NCBI GenBank assembly: GCA_038245785.1
Contig: JBBRSB010000020.1
Location: forward strand, 21,485 to 85,484
Length of the DNA stretch: 64,000 nucleotides
Reading direction: 5' to 3'
DNA from: Gloeobacterales cyanobacterium
GTDB lineage: Bacteria; Cyanobacteriota; Cyanobacteriia; Gloeobacterales; PMM-0068
Positions 1-14,228 of the stretch are shown here, one piece after another. The position numbers and the translations under genes are program-made. The notes beneath the pieces were generated by a model that saw nothing but the letters and a program-made list of their open reading frames with translations, was not told the origin of the DNA and searched no databases. The first letter of the stretch is position 1. Each line of letters begins with the position of its first letter.

Positions 1-191
1 CATGGTAGCTCACGCCTTCTAATTTCCCCTTTGAATACATCCTGGAGAAATTCAATGATGTCGGAATGGAGTCCTGTAGGCAGTGGAACCATCAGTAATG
101 CTCCATGTGCAAGTTCATAGCGATTGTCTGTACCATCCTCTAAAACCAAATATTCTTCAAAAGTTAAACTGGCTGACTTAGTAGAAACCAT
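1..191 (-). CDS. Uma2 family (PD-(D/E)XK) endonuclease, 5' part; runs off the window
   Basis: Manual translation from ATG at 191: MVSTKSASLTFEEYLVLEDGTDNRYELAHGALLMVPLPTGLHSDII, a typical Uma2 N-terminus. Purine-rich RBS upstream. Confidence 0.85.
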   Translation of the reverse strand, partial: MVSTKSASLTFEEYLVLEDGTDNRYELAHGALLMVPLPTGLHSDIIEFLQDVFKGEIRRRELP

Positions 192-205
192 TTTCTTTCC
201 TTCAC

Positions 206-2176
206 TCATAGGGGCCAAACTTGCATTGCTCCATCCCTCACCAGTACTTTAGCGAATTCTGCTCGGTCTTTATGGTCAGCGCCAAATATTGTCACTGCCT
301 GATAAGACCGTCCCTGCTCTGGAAAATTGGATTGAATTATAACGAATGATGGTGCTTCAAGTGTTCCCCCTACATTAGGATTTCCCTGTCCATTCCGATT
401 ACTCCCCTTATATTTTTCGCTGCTATAGAGCAGTTCCAGTGCTTCACCGCGTACAGATGTTTTGTCACCATCCCTTCGCCAATCACTAACATCTTGAGGG
501 TGTGTCAGGTCTTCAGAAGGCATTAAACAGATGTGTGTATTGCGATTCAATACATCTTGGTTTCGCCTGTTTCTAGCCCCTTCTCCAGGATTTCCATCTC
601 CTGGTTTGCCAGTTGGCTTTTGTATATTTAGGAATTCTTGGTGTACCTGTCTTAAAAACTTTTGCCAATCCTCTTTGGCGAGGGGCAAAATGGAACCCAT
701 TACTTCCCAGTGGCAACCCCTCATTCTGCGGTCTAGTAAGTGCAGAGGGCGTCGGGAACCCCGGCCTAAACCGCCAAGTAAACTTGCTAGAAATAGAATC
801 TTTTCAATGAGCTCTAGTTCTTGCTGGCTTCCCTTGGCTTCTAGAAGAATTTTTCCACTACAGAAATAGGGACTGTTACCTTTACCTTGCTGCCATTCCA
901 CACCAATACTGAGATTCCCCTGTTTGCCAAGAGCCCCAAAGAGTTTTTCTTCTAGTATTTGAACTTCATCGGGTGCATACATGCCTAAAGCGATAGCACG
1001 AAACCAGTAGCGTAGGACTCCCCGTAAAGCAACAGGACGAAACTCTAGCGTTCCTTGCCAGTCATTTTCTTTACTAGGAGGAGAAGCTCCATATATACCC
1101 TGACTCCAAAGTTTGAAATCATAGGTCCGGGAATGGGAAAATCCTGCACCTAGCTTTGTTCTGCCATAGCCTGCACTGACCCGTGAACCAATTCCTTCTT
1201 TCAAGGCTTCTCCCAGCCATTCTTTTACTACTTCGACATCTTTTTGTTGACCACGACTGGTAGGCAGTATCCCAATTACTAATTCAGGTTGATCCATGGT
1301 CAGTAGAGGATGGGGGACGGGACCATATTTTACTTGACCGTTCTGCCAAGACCATTGGGGATTAGCCATGTCTATACTTAGGTTTGGCCTAGTTGGAAAA
1401 GCATCTAAAATTTGAACTCGACCTGCGCCGTGTTCTAAAGTTCCTAAAAGCCTATCTGCTTCTGATGACTCACCGTTTCGTCTTGCCCAAGCCCGTGCTG
1501 CGCCTTTTAAGCTACTTGCCGGAATATACGGGACGCCATAAACGGGATGAAATGCAGGTAGCAATAACTCGCGGAAGCCACGCATTCCCCCAACCCGTAA
1601 GCGCCATGGAAACTGGACTGCCAAAACAGTGCCATTTTGGGCTAACTTGCGCGTTCGATTCGCAAGTTTTGCGTACAGTTCTTTGCACGTATCATCGGCA
1701 TCTACCGCCGATGCAAGAACTGGTTGGGCTAGTTCGTTATTTTTATTATCTACTCCGAAGGAAGCAAAGTTTAGGGCTTGAAGTGGACTTTTTATAGCAG
1801 TTGAGCTTACTCCTCGGCTTACTTGATTTGGCACAGGCTGTCCTGCTGGCCTGAAACTTTTATTGATAGCTGTTGCAACCACTGCTTTTTGTGGTGCAAT
1901 TCCCACCTGACAAAAAACCTTGTCTCGTTTTAGTTCAATAGGAAGAGCAGATTGTATTTTTGGCCGTAATTTATTAGCTTCATTTTTAAGTTCTTCACTA
2001 GGAAAATATATTGTTAGACTCTCGTTAGTAATAGAACCAAAACTACTTTCTTTGAGGGCAGGATAAAAAGCTGGAGGTTGGGGTTTTCTCCTGCTCAAAT
2101 CATCTAGAAAAGCCTGCCACTCCTGCTCAGGAGATTTACCCTGTTTACTTCCACGACCATCACGACTGAAGCTCAT
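206..2176 (-). CDS. cmr6: Type III-B RAMP fusion Cmr6-Cmr1 with an extra N-terminal domain
   Basis: Cmr6 motifs (WRLRVGG, HPVYGVPYIPASSLKG, GIGSRVSAGYG) then Cmr1 motifs (FRPVALRGVLRYWFRA, LGGLGRGSRR). Start chosen at 2176 because it forms an ATGA overlap with the cmr5 stop. Confidence 0.9.
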   Translation of the reverse strand: MSFSRDGRGSKQGKSPEQEWQAFLDDLSRRKPQPPAFYPALKESSFGSITNESLTIYFPSEELKNEANKLRPKIQSALPIELKRDKVFCQVGIAPQKAVVATAINKSFRPAGQPVPNQVSRGVSSTAIKSPLQALNFASFGVDNKNNELAQPVLASAVDADDTCKELYAKLANRTRKLAQNGTVLAVQFPWRLRVGGMRGFRELLLPAFHPVYGVPYIPASSLKGAARAWARRNGESSEADRLLGTLEHGAGRVQILDAFPTRPNLSIDMANPQWSWQNGQVKYGPVPHPLLTMDQPELVIGILPTSRGQQKDVEVVKEWLGEALKEGIGSRVSAGYGRTKLGAGFSHSRTYDFKLWSQGIYGASPPSKENDWQGTLEFRPVALRGVLRYWFRAIALGMYAPDEVQILEEKLFGALGKQGNLSIGVEWQQGKGNSPYFCSGKILLEAKGSQQELELIEKILFLASLLGGLGRGSRRPLHLLDRRMRGCHWEVMGSILPLAKEDWQKFLRQVHQEFLNIQKPTGKPGDGNPGEGARNRRNQDVLNRNTHICLMPSEDLTHPQDVSDWRRDGDKTSVRGEALELLYSSEKYKGSNRNGQGNPNVGGTLEAPSFVIIQSNFPEQGRSYQAVTIFGADHKDRAEFAKVLVRDGAMQVWPL

Positions 2177-2571
2177 GTATCGTCTGCCTCCCCAAGAATA
2201 GCGGATGCCCAGAACGACCATTCCCTCGCCAATTCAACAGCTAAGTGATTCAGCGCTGCATATTCTTTGAGCGGCATATTGATTAAACTTCCAGGATCAT
2301 TGACAGTGAATCCTTGTCCGCTAAACGTTTTTAGTTTTTCGAGGAATTTCTGATACACCTTACCTTTGTACTTCGTATCTTCTGCTTTACCTGCCAGGAA
2401 CTTAACAGCGTCCCCGCTGAGTCGATGTAGACCCCAAGTAGAAATATAAGCGGTTAGCCCTTGTATCAAACCGCTAGCTTTTTTGTGATGCGAACTTGCC
2501 AAATCTTTTTTGAGTTCAGTAAGAGCTGCATAGGCTTCCTTACTAAAATTCCGAGAGTCTAGTTTGAGCAT
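2173..2571 (-). CDS. cmr5: Type III-B small subunit Cmr5 (Cas11)
   Basis: 132-aa helical protein between cmr4 and cmr6. GLTAYISTWGL resembles the Cmr5 LPxxIxxNGL motif. Confidence 0.8.
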   Translation of the reverse strand: MLKLDSRNFSKEAYAALTELKKDLASSHHKKASGLIQGLTAYISTWGLHRLSGDAVKFLAGKAEDTKYKGKVYQKFLEKLKTFSGQGFTVNDPGSLINMPLKEYAALNHLAVELAREWSFWASAILGEADDT

Positions 2572-2574
2572 GGT

Positions 2575-7662
<5,088 letters not shown>

Positions 7663-7877
7663 AAAAGACCTACGGGAAAATACGGAGAATGTAAAGTGAG
7701 GCAAGCGTATCCAGAAAGTGCTTGATATCTGTCAAAACGAATACTTTATTCACAATTGAGGCTACGTGCCTCATCCGTCTTGGCTCACGTACATAAACCA
7801 CAGTAGAAGAATCGCACTGCACCATACAGTGCAGTCGCAATGACCCATACTCAAAAAGTAAGTATTCAGGCAAAATC
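7663..7877. promoter_or_regulatory. Divergent promoter region between cas10 and csx18-cas1-cas2, with an inverted repeat
   Basis: 215-nt divergent intergenic region. Perfect 7-bp inverted repeat ACTGCAC-N6-GTGCAGT at 7816-7835. Confidence 0.55.
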
Positions 7878-8096
7878 ATGAATTGGGTGAGGCTTTTGCT
7901 GCTTCGTCACGTTTCGGGAGCGGCAGTGAATGGTTTGATTACCCTAGTCATTTTGCTCATTGCTCCTCTGGGGTTAGCGTCCGTTTTGACCTGCACGGCG
8001 TTGATCAGTTTGAGCACTTTGGTCGTGGGTGTAGCGGCAGATGGGGTGCAGTACTGGTTAGAGGATGGCTCTACTGGGATTGACAAGACTCAGTGA
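7878..8096 (+). CDS. csx18: CRISPR-associated small membrane protein Csx18
   Basis: VNGLITLVILLIAPLGL signature; overlaps the cas1 start, as in cyanobacterial III-B loci. Confidence 0.8.
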   Translation: MNWVRLLLLRHVSGAAVNGLITLVILLIAPLGLASVLTCTALISLSTLVVGVAADGVQYWLEDGSTGIDKTQ

Positions 8097-9085
8097 TGGC
8101 AACCCTATATTTGTTGGACCAAGGGTGCCGAGTCGCCCTCAGGGATGAAGCTTTACTGGTTTATCAGCAAACAGACCTGAAACAGACGGTGCCGCTACCA
8201 ACTTTAGAGCGTGTGCTGGTTTTTGGCAGTGCGCATCTGACTACGCCTGTAATCCGAGCCTGTTTAAGACGCGAGGTGGGGATAGGCTATCTATCTCGTC
8301 AGGGGCGCTGCTATGGTCGGATTTTACCGATTCGTTTGGGCTATCGTTCTCTATTTCGGTTGCAACAATCGCTAGGAGCGGAAGCAGCGCTGGGCGCAGC
8401 ACGGGCGATGGTCACCGCCAAGATTCAAAATAGCCGGGTTTTGCTGTTGCGTTCTCAAAGACGAAGACCGCTGCCTGCTCTAGAACAGGCGATTACTTTT
8501 CTAGATTATTTTGCTCAAAAGGCTCGTGAGGCTTTGAGTCTAGAAACTTTACGAGGATATGAAGGGGCAGCGGCTGCTCAGTATTTCCCTGCTTTTGGTC
8601 TAATGCTGACGGAACCAGATTTTGTGATGACCCAAAGAAGTCGTCGTCCCCCGCTGAATCCGGTAAATACACTTTTGAGTTTTGGCTATAGCGTCCTCTG
8701 GAATCATCTTCTCGGACAGATAGAACTGCAGGGATTAGATTCCTATCTGGGGATCTTCCATACAGCCAATGACCGTCATCCAGCTTTAGCTTCTGATTTG
8801 GTGGAGGAGTTTCGTTCACCGATTATTGATTCTTTAGTAGTTTGGCTAATTAATAGTCGAGTAATCCAGGTTATGGATGACTTTGAATTTCGTGATGGGG
8901 GTTGTTTCCTAAATGAAAGAGGAAGGCGCAAGTTTCTCAAGTACTTCATTCAAGAGATGAACGAACTTGTTCAGGTGGATAATTCTATGCTTCCACGTTG
9001 GGCTTTATTGGAGAAGCAGGTGAGCGCTTTCAAAAGGTTTTTGTATCATCCTGAAGAAGATTATCAGCCCTATCGGATACGTTAA
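8093..9085 (+). CDS. cas1: CRISPR integrase Cas1
   Basis: LRGYEGAAAAQYF, NTLLSFGY, GIFH, LASDLVEEFR catalytic motifs. Confidence 0.97.
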   Translation: MMATLYLLDQGCRVALRDEALLVYQQTDLKQTVPLPTLERVLVFGSAHLTTPVIRACLRREVGIGYLSRQGRCYGRILPIRLGYRSLFRLQQSLGAEAALGAARAMVTAKIQNSRVLLLRSQRRRPLPALEQAITFLDYFAQKAREALSLETLRGYEGAAAAQYFPAFGLMLTEPDFVMTQRSRRPPLNPVNTLLSFGYSVLWNHLLGQIELQGLDSYLGIFHTANDRHPALASDLVEEFRSPIIDSLVVWLINSRVIQVMDDFEFRDGGCFLNERGRRKFLKYFIQEMNELVQVDNSMLPRWALLEKQVSAFKRFLYHPEEDYQPYRIR

Positions 9086-9361
9086 ATGCTGTATATTATT
9101 ACCTACGATATTCCCAGTAATAAGCGAAGAAATAAAGTAGCTAAGCTGCTAGAAGGCTATGGTAAAAGGGTGCAGCTTAGTGTTTTTGAGTGCGAATTGC
9201 CGGAGAAGTTATTAATAGAATTAAAGACAAAGCTTCGTAAGAAGGTTGATATGACTGAGGATTCAGTGCGCTTCTATGTCATATCCAGTCATACCTTGGG
9301 TCAGGTGGAAATATGGAATGGACCTCCTGTAGCGGAATCTGCGAAATCGGTAATAGTCTGA
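9086..9361 (+). CDS. cas2: Cas2
   Basis: YIITYDI, YGKRVQLSVFEC, DSVRFY motifs. Confidence 0.97.
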   Translation: MLYIITYDIPSNKRRNKVAKLLEGYGKRVQLSVFECELPEKLLIELKTKLRKKVDMTEDSVRFYVISSHTLGQVEIWNGPPVAESAKSVIV

Positions 9362-9372
9362 CTATGGCTAGA

Positions 9373-9408
9373 ATTGCTTCTTTTCAGAGAGGTCGAACTA
9401 ATGACAAA
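9373..9408 (+). repeat. Solitary degenerate CRISPR repeat after cas2
   Basis: ATTGCTTCTTTTCAGAGAGGTCGAACTAATGACAAA, 27/36 identical to the array repeat. The stem remains pairable through one compensatory change and two G-U pairs. Confidence 0.75.
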
Positions 9409-9464
9409 TCAGGCAAAAAGTTGACGTTAAATCATACAGGTCGATTTAGACCAGGAGATGTGAA

Positions 9465-9710
9465 ATGAGAGCAATTACTGGTGTTTTTATTTTTCTACCT
9501 GCCATGGCCCTCGTGATAGGTATGGGTATCGGTTCGCCACTTTTAGGTACGCTGGCCTGTGTTTTTATAGCATGGCAGGAGGCATCACTTTGCAGCAAAG
9601 TATTTCCTACTGAGTTTCAGCTTCCTGTAACTATAATAATTATGTGCGGAGTTTGGATTTTGGTGCACCAAAAAGAATCTGAAGCAAATAAGGAAAATCA
9701 AGATGTTTAA
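9465..9710 (+). CDS. Small hypothetical membrane protein (81 aa)
   Basis: AGGAG RBS upstream; two to three hydrophobic segments and a charged C-tail. Confidence 0.65.
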   Translation: MRAITGVFIFLPAMALVIGMGIGSPLLGTLACVFIAWQEASLCSKVFPTEFQLPVTIIIMCGVWILVHQKESEANKENQDV

Positions 9711-10042
9711 TCCAATTTATTTCTTTTTCATGAGTGATCAAAGCCTGCTATCCTGAACAGTCAGTAGGTATACAATTTAGCTTCCATGGCATTGATTCCT
9801 TTAGTTTGGCGAGGCTCTCCAAAATTGTGTTCAAACACTTGGCACAGGTCAACCTATTTAACCTCTTTTGGGTTGTTTATCCTGTGGTCAATAATTTTTA
9901 GGGTAGCCGCCATATTTTATGTAGTACCACTTGTCTATTACAGAAGGTTCAATTCCTTCTGACTTAAGAACTTCGGTTGCAGTATGAAAAGGACCTCCCA
10001 CAGCAAAATTTACGGAATTGGCGGTGATTTGATGATGTTTGG

Positions 10043-10221
10043 AGCGATGGGGTCACCAAAAAGCCTAAAGGCTCATTCTTGCGCTGACCCCGTCGATACC
10101 TATCCAGGCAAGACTTTCAGCCATTTTTTTGTGACAAAACCCCCGCTGTACGAGAGAAAATTCAGACCCCGTCGCAAACCGCCTCTAGACACCCGACCTG
10201 GCAAGGGTTTTAATGGAGGCT
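10043..10221 (+). promoter_or_regulatory. CRISPR leader
   Basis: Abuts the first repeat. Duplicated GACCCCGTCG (10086, 10165), an inverted near-copy at 10044-10054, and paired CC(A/T)GGCAAG (10104, 10197). Confidence 0.75.
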
Positions 10222-12355
10222 ATTGCTTCCCTTCGGGGAAGTTGAACTAATGGAAACAATCATTTCAAACTCTCCTATTGTTGTTTTTCAGTATTGCTTC
10301 CCTTCGGGGAAGTTGAACTAATGGAAACTATATTCCATGACAAATCTCCAATGAAAAGAATGAATTCAAAAGAAAAATTGCTTCCCTTCGGGGAAGTTGA
10401 ACTAATGGAAACGACACCTACCAGTCTGAAAAGGAAAGCGCCCGTTCCGGGTTATTGCTTCCCTTCGGGGAAGTTGAACTAATGGAAACTATTTATGCAT
10501 AAAAAGAGAGCGCCCTTCGGTAGTTAAAATTGCTTCCCTTCGGGGAAGTTGAACTAATGGAAACAAGGAAGCAGAATCATCTGCTTCTTTAGATGAGCTT
10601 ATATTGTTAATTGCTTCCCTTCGGGGAAGTTGAACTAATGGAAACTGCTTAAAGCTTTGTCAACCTTCTCGGAGGTTGATATTGCTTCCCTTCGGGGAAG
10701 TTGAACTAATGGAAACAGACCTTCAGGGATAGGCCCTATACATTCTTCCCAGATATTGCTTCCCTTCGGGGAAGTTGAACTAATGGAAACGGTGATTTAG
10801 AAAACCTTGGAGTTCTCCCCAGAGAAAAGACATTGCTTCCCTTCGGGGAAGTTGAACTAATGGAAACAGCCCGCAGCAAAGCTATAATTTCCGTGGTTAC
10901 AATTGCTTCCCTTCGGGGAAGTTGAACTAATGGAAACTACCAAACTTCTGGATTGCTTGGCGAAGTGTGAGACAATTGCTTCCCTTCGGGGAAGTTGAAC
11001 TAATGGAAACTCTCCTACTTCTCAAGAATGGGAAGTGTTATCTGATAAATTGCTTCCCTTCGGGGAAGTTGAACTAATGGAAACACCAAGCGCAATGCCC
11101 AAGTGTACACTTTCTAAAAATGAGCTATACTATTGCTTCCCTTCGGGGAAGTTGAACTAATGGAAACTACCAAGGGTTACATAACCTTTAACCGTCTTAT
11201 TTATTCCATAATTGCTTCCCTTCGGGGAAGTTGAACTAATGGAAACTCTTTTGTAGTCAATCAACGCGTTATCTAGGCATCGATTGCTTCCCTTCGGGGA
11301 AGTTGAACTAATGGAAACTAAACGTGCCCTACTACAGCACCTTTAGGCGTGTAGACATTGCTTCCCTTCGGGGAAGTTGAACTAATGGAAACTTGTAATG
11401 CGGCGCGCCAGAGGACAAGTTTCAGGAATATTTCTTCACTTCGGGGAAGTTGAACTAATGGAAACACCGTAAATTTACTTAGAATTTCACGCATAATAAT
11501 GATTGCTTCCCTTCGGGGAAGTTGAACTAATGGAAACTTTAGGACCGTAGCAGACGGCATAATTTCCGGATAAAGTATTGCTTCCCTTCGGGGAAGTTGA
11601 ACTAATGGAAACCTTGTTATGAGGAACCTCAATGAAAAAGAAGAAGACAATTGCTTCCCTTCGGGGAAGTTGAACTAATGGAAACCGGATAAGGTGCTCT
11701 TCAACATAGTTGATGATGATATTTCGGCATTGCTTCCCTTCGGGGAAGTTGAACTAATGGAAACATCAGCTTCTTCAAACACCTCATCGCCCCATCGTGA
11801 CTCCAATAACCCTATTGCTTCCCTTCGGGGAAGTTGAACTAATGGAAACCAGTTGAGCAATCAGCACAACCAGAATTAACGCCCCATTGCTTCCCTTCGG
11901 GGAAGTTGAACTAATGGAAACTTGCGGAGCGCTTGATAGAGGTCTTCAAACTTCTCAAATTGCTTCCCTTCGGGGAAGTTGAACTAATGGAAACACAGTT
12001 AAAAGTAATTCTGCGCCCAGCATGAAAGCTGCATTGCTTCCCTTCGGGGAAGTTGAACTAATGGAAACTTAAATCTTTCATTGCAGTACAAAAAACAAAA
12101 GGATATTGCTTCCCTTCGGGGAAGTTGAACTAATGGAAACATTAATCAGGTCTTTGGCTACTTGCACTTTGTACACGTATTGCTTCCCTTCGGGGAAGTT
12201 GAACTAATGGAAACAACAGTTACGCCATCACGAGCGAAAGCCTTGATGATATTTTCCTATTGCTTCCCTTCGGGGAAGTTGAACTAATGGAAACAGATAG
12301 TCTTTGTTGAAGGCAATTTCATAATCACCTGTGATTGCTTCCCTTCGGGGAAGTT
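10222..12355 (+). CRISPR. CRISPR array: 28 full repeats, 1 truncated repeat, 28 spacers
   Basis: 36-nt repeat ATTGCTTCCCTTCGGGGAAGTTGAACTAATGGAAAC with a CTTCCC-TTCG-GGGAAG hairpin and GGAAAC 3' end. Spacers about 35-49 nt. The repeat at 11430 has 2 substitutions; the last repeat (12334-12355) stops after 22 nt. Confidence 0.99.
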
Positions 12356-12364
12356 TCGGAAAGC

Positions 12365-12394
12365 TTGCCCGTAGCATGAATTCCGTGCTACTAT
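12365..12394 (+). promoter_or_regulatory. higBA promoter with operator palindrome
   Basis: TTGCCC-N18-TACTAT overlapping the inverted repeat GTAGCA...TGCTAC (12371-12391). Confidence 0.55.
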
Positions 12395-12397
12395 GCT

Positions 12398-12694
12398 ATG
12401 GTGATAGCTTCATTTAAAAATGATGGTGTAGAAGATATCTTCAACGGTGCAGACACTAAAGTTGCTCGTAAAACCTGCCCCATGTCTTTATGGAAAGTCG
12501 CTGCTCGAAAACTCGATCAGATTGACTCCGTTGCAACATTAAATGAATTGCGTCTACCGCCAGGTAACTTCTTAGAAGCCTTGTCCGGTGATCTTAAAGG
12601 GCAGCATAGTATCCGTATCAACGACCAGTACCGAATCTGTTTTGTATGGTCAGAGCAAGGACCTGCTCAAGTAGAAATTGTTGATTATCACTGA
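12398..12694 (+). CDS. higB: HigB/RelE-family toxin (plasmid maintenance killer type)
   Basis: LEALSGDLKGQHSIRINDQYRICFVW...IVDYH signature. Confidence 0.93.
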   Translation: MVIASFKNDGVEDIFNGADTKVARKTCPMSLWKVAARKLDQIDSVATLNELRLPPGNFLEALSGDLKGQHSIRINDQYRICFVWSEQGPAQVEIVDYH

Positions 12695-12715
12695 ATCGTT
12701 ATAGAGAGTACCGTC

Positions 12716-13021
12716 ATGGTTCGCATTCCTACACACCGTTCCCCCACGCATCCCGGCGAGATGTTGCTAGAAGAGTTCCTAAACCCCACGGGCTTGACGC
12801 AGCGTGAACTTGCCGATGCTATTCACGTCCCGTATCAGCGCATCAATGAGATCATCAATGGACGTCGAGGGATTACACCAAGTACCGCACTTCGGCTAGA
12901 GAAATTCTTTGGAATGTCGGCAGGCTTCTGGATGAATCTTCAACTCCGCTGGGACCTCTATTATGCCCAACAGACTGAGCAAGAAACGCTCAAATCCATT
13001 CACCGCTATGTATCAGCTTGA
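12716..13021 (+). CDS. higA: HigA antitoxin (HTH XRE)
   Basis: HPGEMLLEEFL, RINEIINGRRGIT, FWMNLQ motifs. Confidence 0.93.
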   Translation: MVRIPTHRSPTHPGEMLLEEFLNPTGLTQRELADAIHVPYQRINEIINGRRGITPSTALRLEKFFGMSAGFWMNLQLRWDLYYAQQTEQETLKSIHRYVSA

Positions 13022-13047
13022 TGCCTAGAGGTTGTTCGGTAAACCGA

Positions 13048-13144
13048 TAATGGAAACCCATTAAATCCTCCAATACTGGTGGACTTCCGATCTGTTTTTT
13101 TCTGGTCTTATTCTTCTGCTCAGTGAAGTTGAATTGCTAGAAAG
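13048..13144 (+). CRISPR. Relict repeat-spacer-repeat unit
   Basis: TAATGGAAAC (repeat nt 27-36) at 13048-13057, a 51-nt spacer-like stretch, then a degenerate repeat at 13109-13144 (23/36 identity, GAAGTTGAA core intact). Confidence 0.55.
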
Positions 13145-13170
13145 TTCTGGAAAATTTTACGTTAACTGTT

Positions 13171-13198
13171 TCCCCCCAAAGTTGGGGGGCTAGGGGGC
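13171..13198. repeat. Short GC-rich palindromic element of the cyanobacterial dispersed-repeat type
   Basis: CCCCCCAAAGTTGGGGGGCTAGGGGG hairpin. Confidence 0.45.
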
Positions 13199-13504
13199 GA
13201 ATTTATCACTCTTCTAGAAGATGATGTGCCTACCCATGAGGGAGCTAAACTCCATGCAGACAGTGCTCCAAGACTTGAAGAGTTAGGAGGTTCTGAGCCT
13301 CAAGCACAAGATATTCCTCGCCGTCGTTATGACAGCTAGACGAGCATAATGATTCCTGCTGATACCCTCAACCATTCCATTCCACCAATGTAAAACTTCT
13401 GGGCGATTGACCCTTTTCCATCCTTGATGCTTTGACGTGATTGATTTAGAGTGGCTTGCAATAACCTAAGCGTTGGGTTAAGCTGGGCGTGTGCAGGAGT
13501 GAGT

Positions 13505-13750
13505 ATGCCAACGGTTCTTAGGAAACAAGGTTTTCGAGTCGTCATTTATTCCAACGATCACTTGCCTTCTCCTGTCCACGTTTTTAAAGGAAGCGGTGAA
13601 GTGCGAATTGAGTTAGGAGATGAGGAATCGGCCCCTAAGCTATTGACCGTCAGTGGACAAATCAGCGACAAAGATGTAGGCAAAGCGCTGTATCTCGTGA
13701 AGGAACACCAAGTCAAATTACTAGCAAAATGGAGAGAAATCCATGCGTAA
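13505..13750 (+). CDS. DUF4160 family putative toxin
   Basis: MPTVLRKQGFRVVIYSNDH..VHV..WREIH; overlaps the downstream DUF2442 gene. Confidence 0.85.
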   Translation: MPTVLRKQGFRVVIYSNDHLPSPVHVFKGSGEVRIELGDEESAPKLLTVSGQISDKDVGKALYLVKEHQVKLLAKWREIHA

Positions 13751-14225
13751 CGATAATCTTGTAATTGACGCAGCGTTGCAATCGCAGATCAATAAAGCTC
13801 GTCAAGCAGGTGAAACGCTAGATGAAAATGAACCGCGTGCGGTAAAGGCCTGGTACGAACTCATCTCAACAAGGGTTTTCATTGAACTAAGGAATGGCGT
13901 TGTGATTGGGTTTCCTTTTAAACTGCTGCAAGGATTAGAATCGGCAACTCCTGAGCAGATTGCAGAAGTTGAAGTCACACCCTCTGGCTATGGTCTTCAC
14001 TGGGAAAGTCTGGATGTAGACCTAGGAGTACCGCAACTGGTTGCGGGTATTTTTGGGACAAAAGCCTGGATGACAGAATTAGGACGTCTAGGTGGACAGG
14101 CAAAATCAGCCGCGAAAGAGAAAGCTGCTCGCGAAAATGGTAAGCGTGGAGGCCGACCTCGGAAGCCTGAAACTGTGCAGGAGGATACTACTAGACCGAT
14201 AAAACATTCGATTGCTTCCCTTTGA
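13743..14225 (+). CDS. DUF2442 family putative antitoxin
   Basis: EVTPSGYGLHWESLDVDL and AARENGKRGGRPRK motifs. Confidence 0.85.
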   Translation: MRNDNLVIDAALQSQINKARQAGETLDENEPRAVKAWYELISTRVFIELRNGVVIGFPFKLLQGLESATPEQIAEVEVTPSGYGLHWESLDVDLGVPQLVAGIFGTKAWMTELGRLGGQAKSAAKEKAARENGKRGGRPRKPETVQEDTTRPIKHSIASL

Positions 14226-14228
14226 GGG
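14211..14228 (+). repeat. 5' half of a CRISPR repeat overlapping the DUF2442 stop codon
   Basis: ATTGCTTCCCTT is a 12/12 match to the repeat start, followed by TGAGGG. Confidence 0.6.

Noticed and set aside
7663..7704. Upstream-extended starts for cas10 (also for cmr6, hicB, wbpD and wbaP)
   Set aside because: Internal ATGs fit family N-termini and stop/start coupling better.
9984..11860. ORFs 9984-10250, 10294-10482, 11318-11650 and 11675-11860
   Set aside because: They are translations of the CRISPR leader and repeats.
10258..12333. Self-targeting or duplicated spacers in the main array
   Set aside because: None noticed by eye within the window; a BLAST search is needed to exclude them.
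13200..13545. Minus-strand ORF 13336-13545 and the adjacent coding-like DNA
   Set aside because: No recognisable motif, and it overlaps the DUF4160 start; probably debris.
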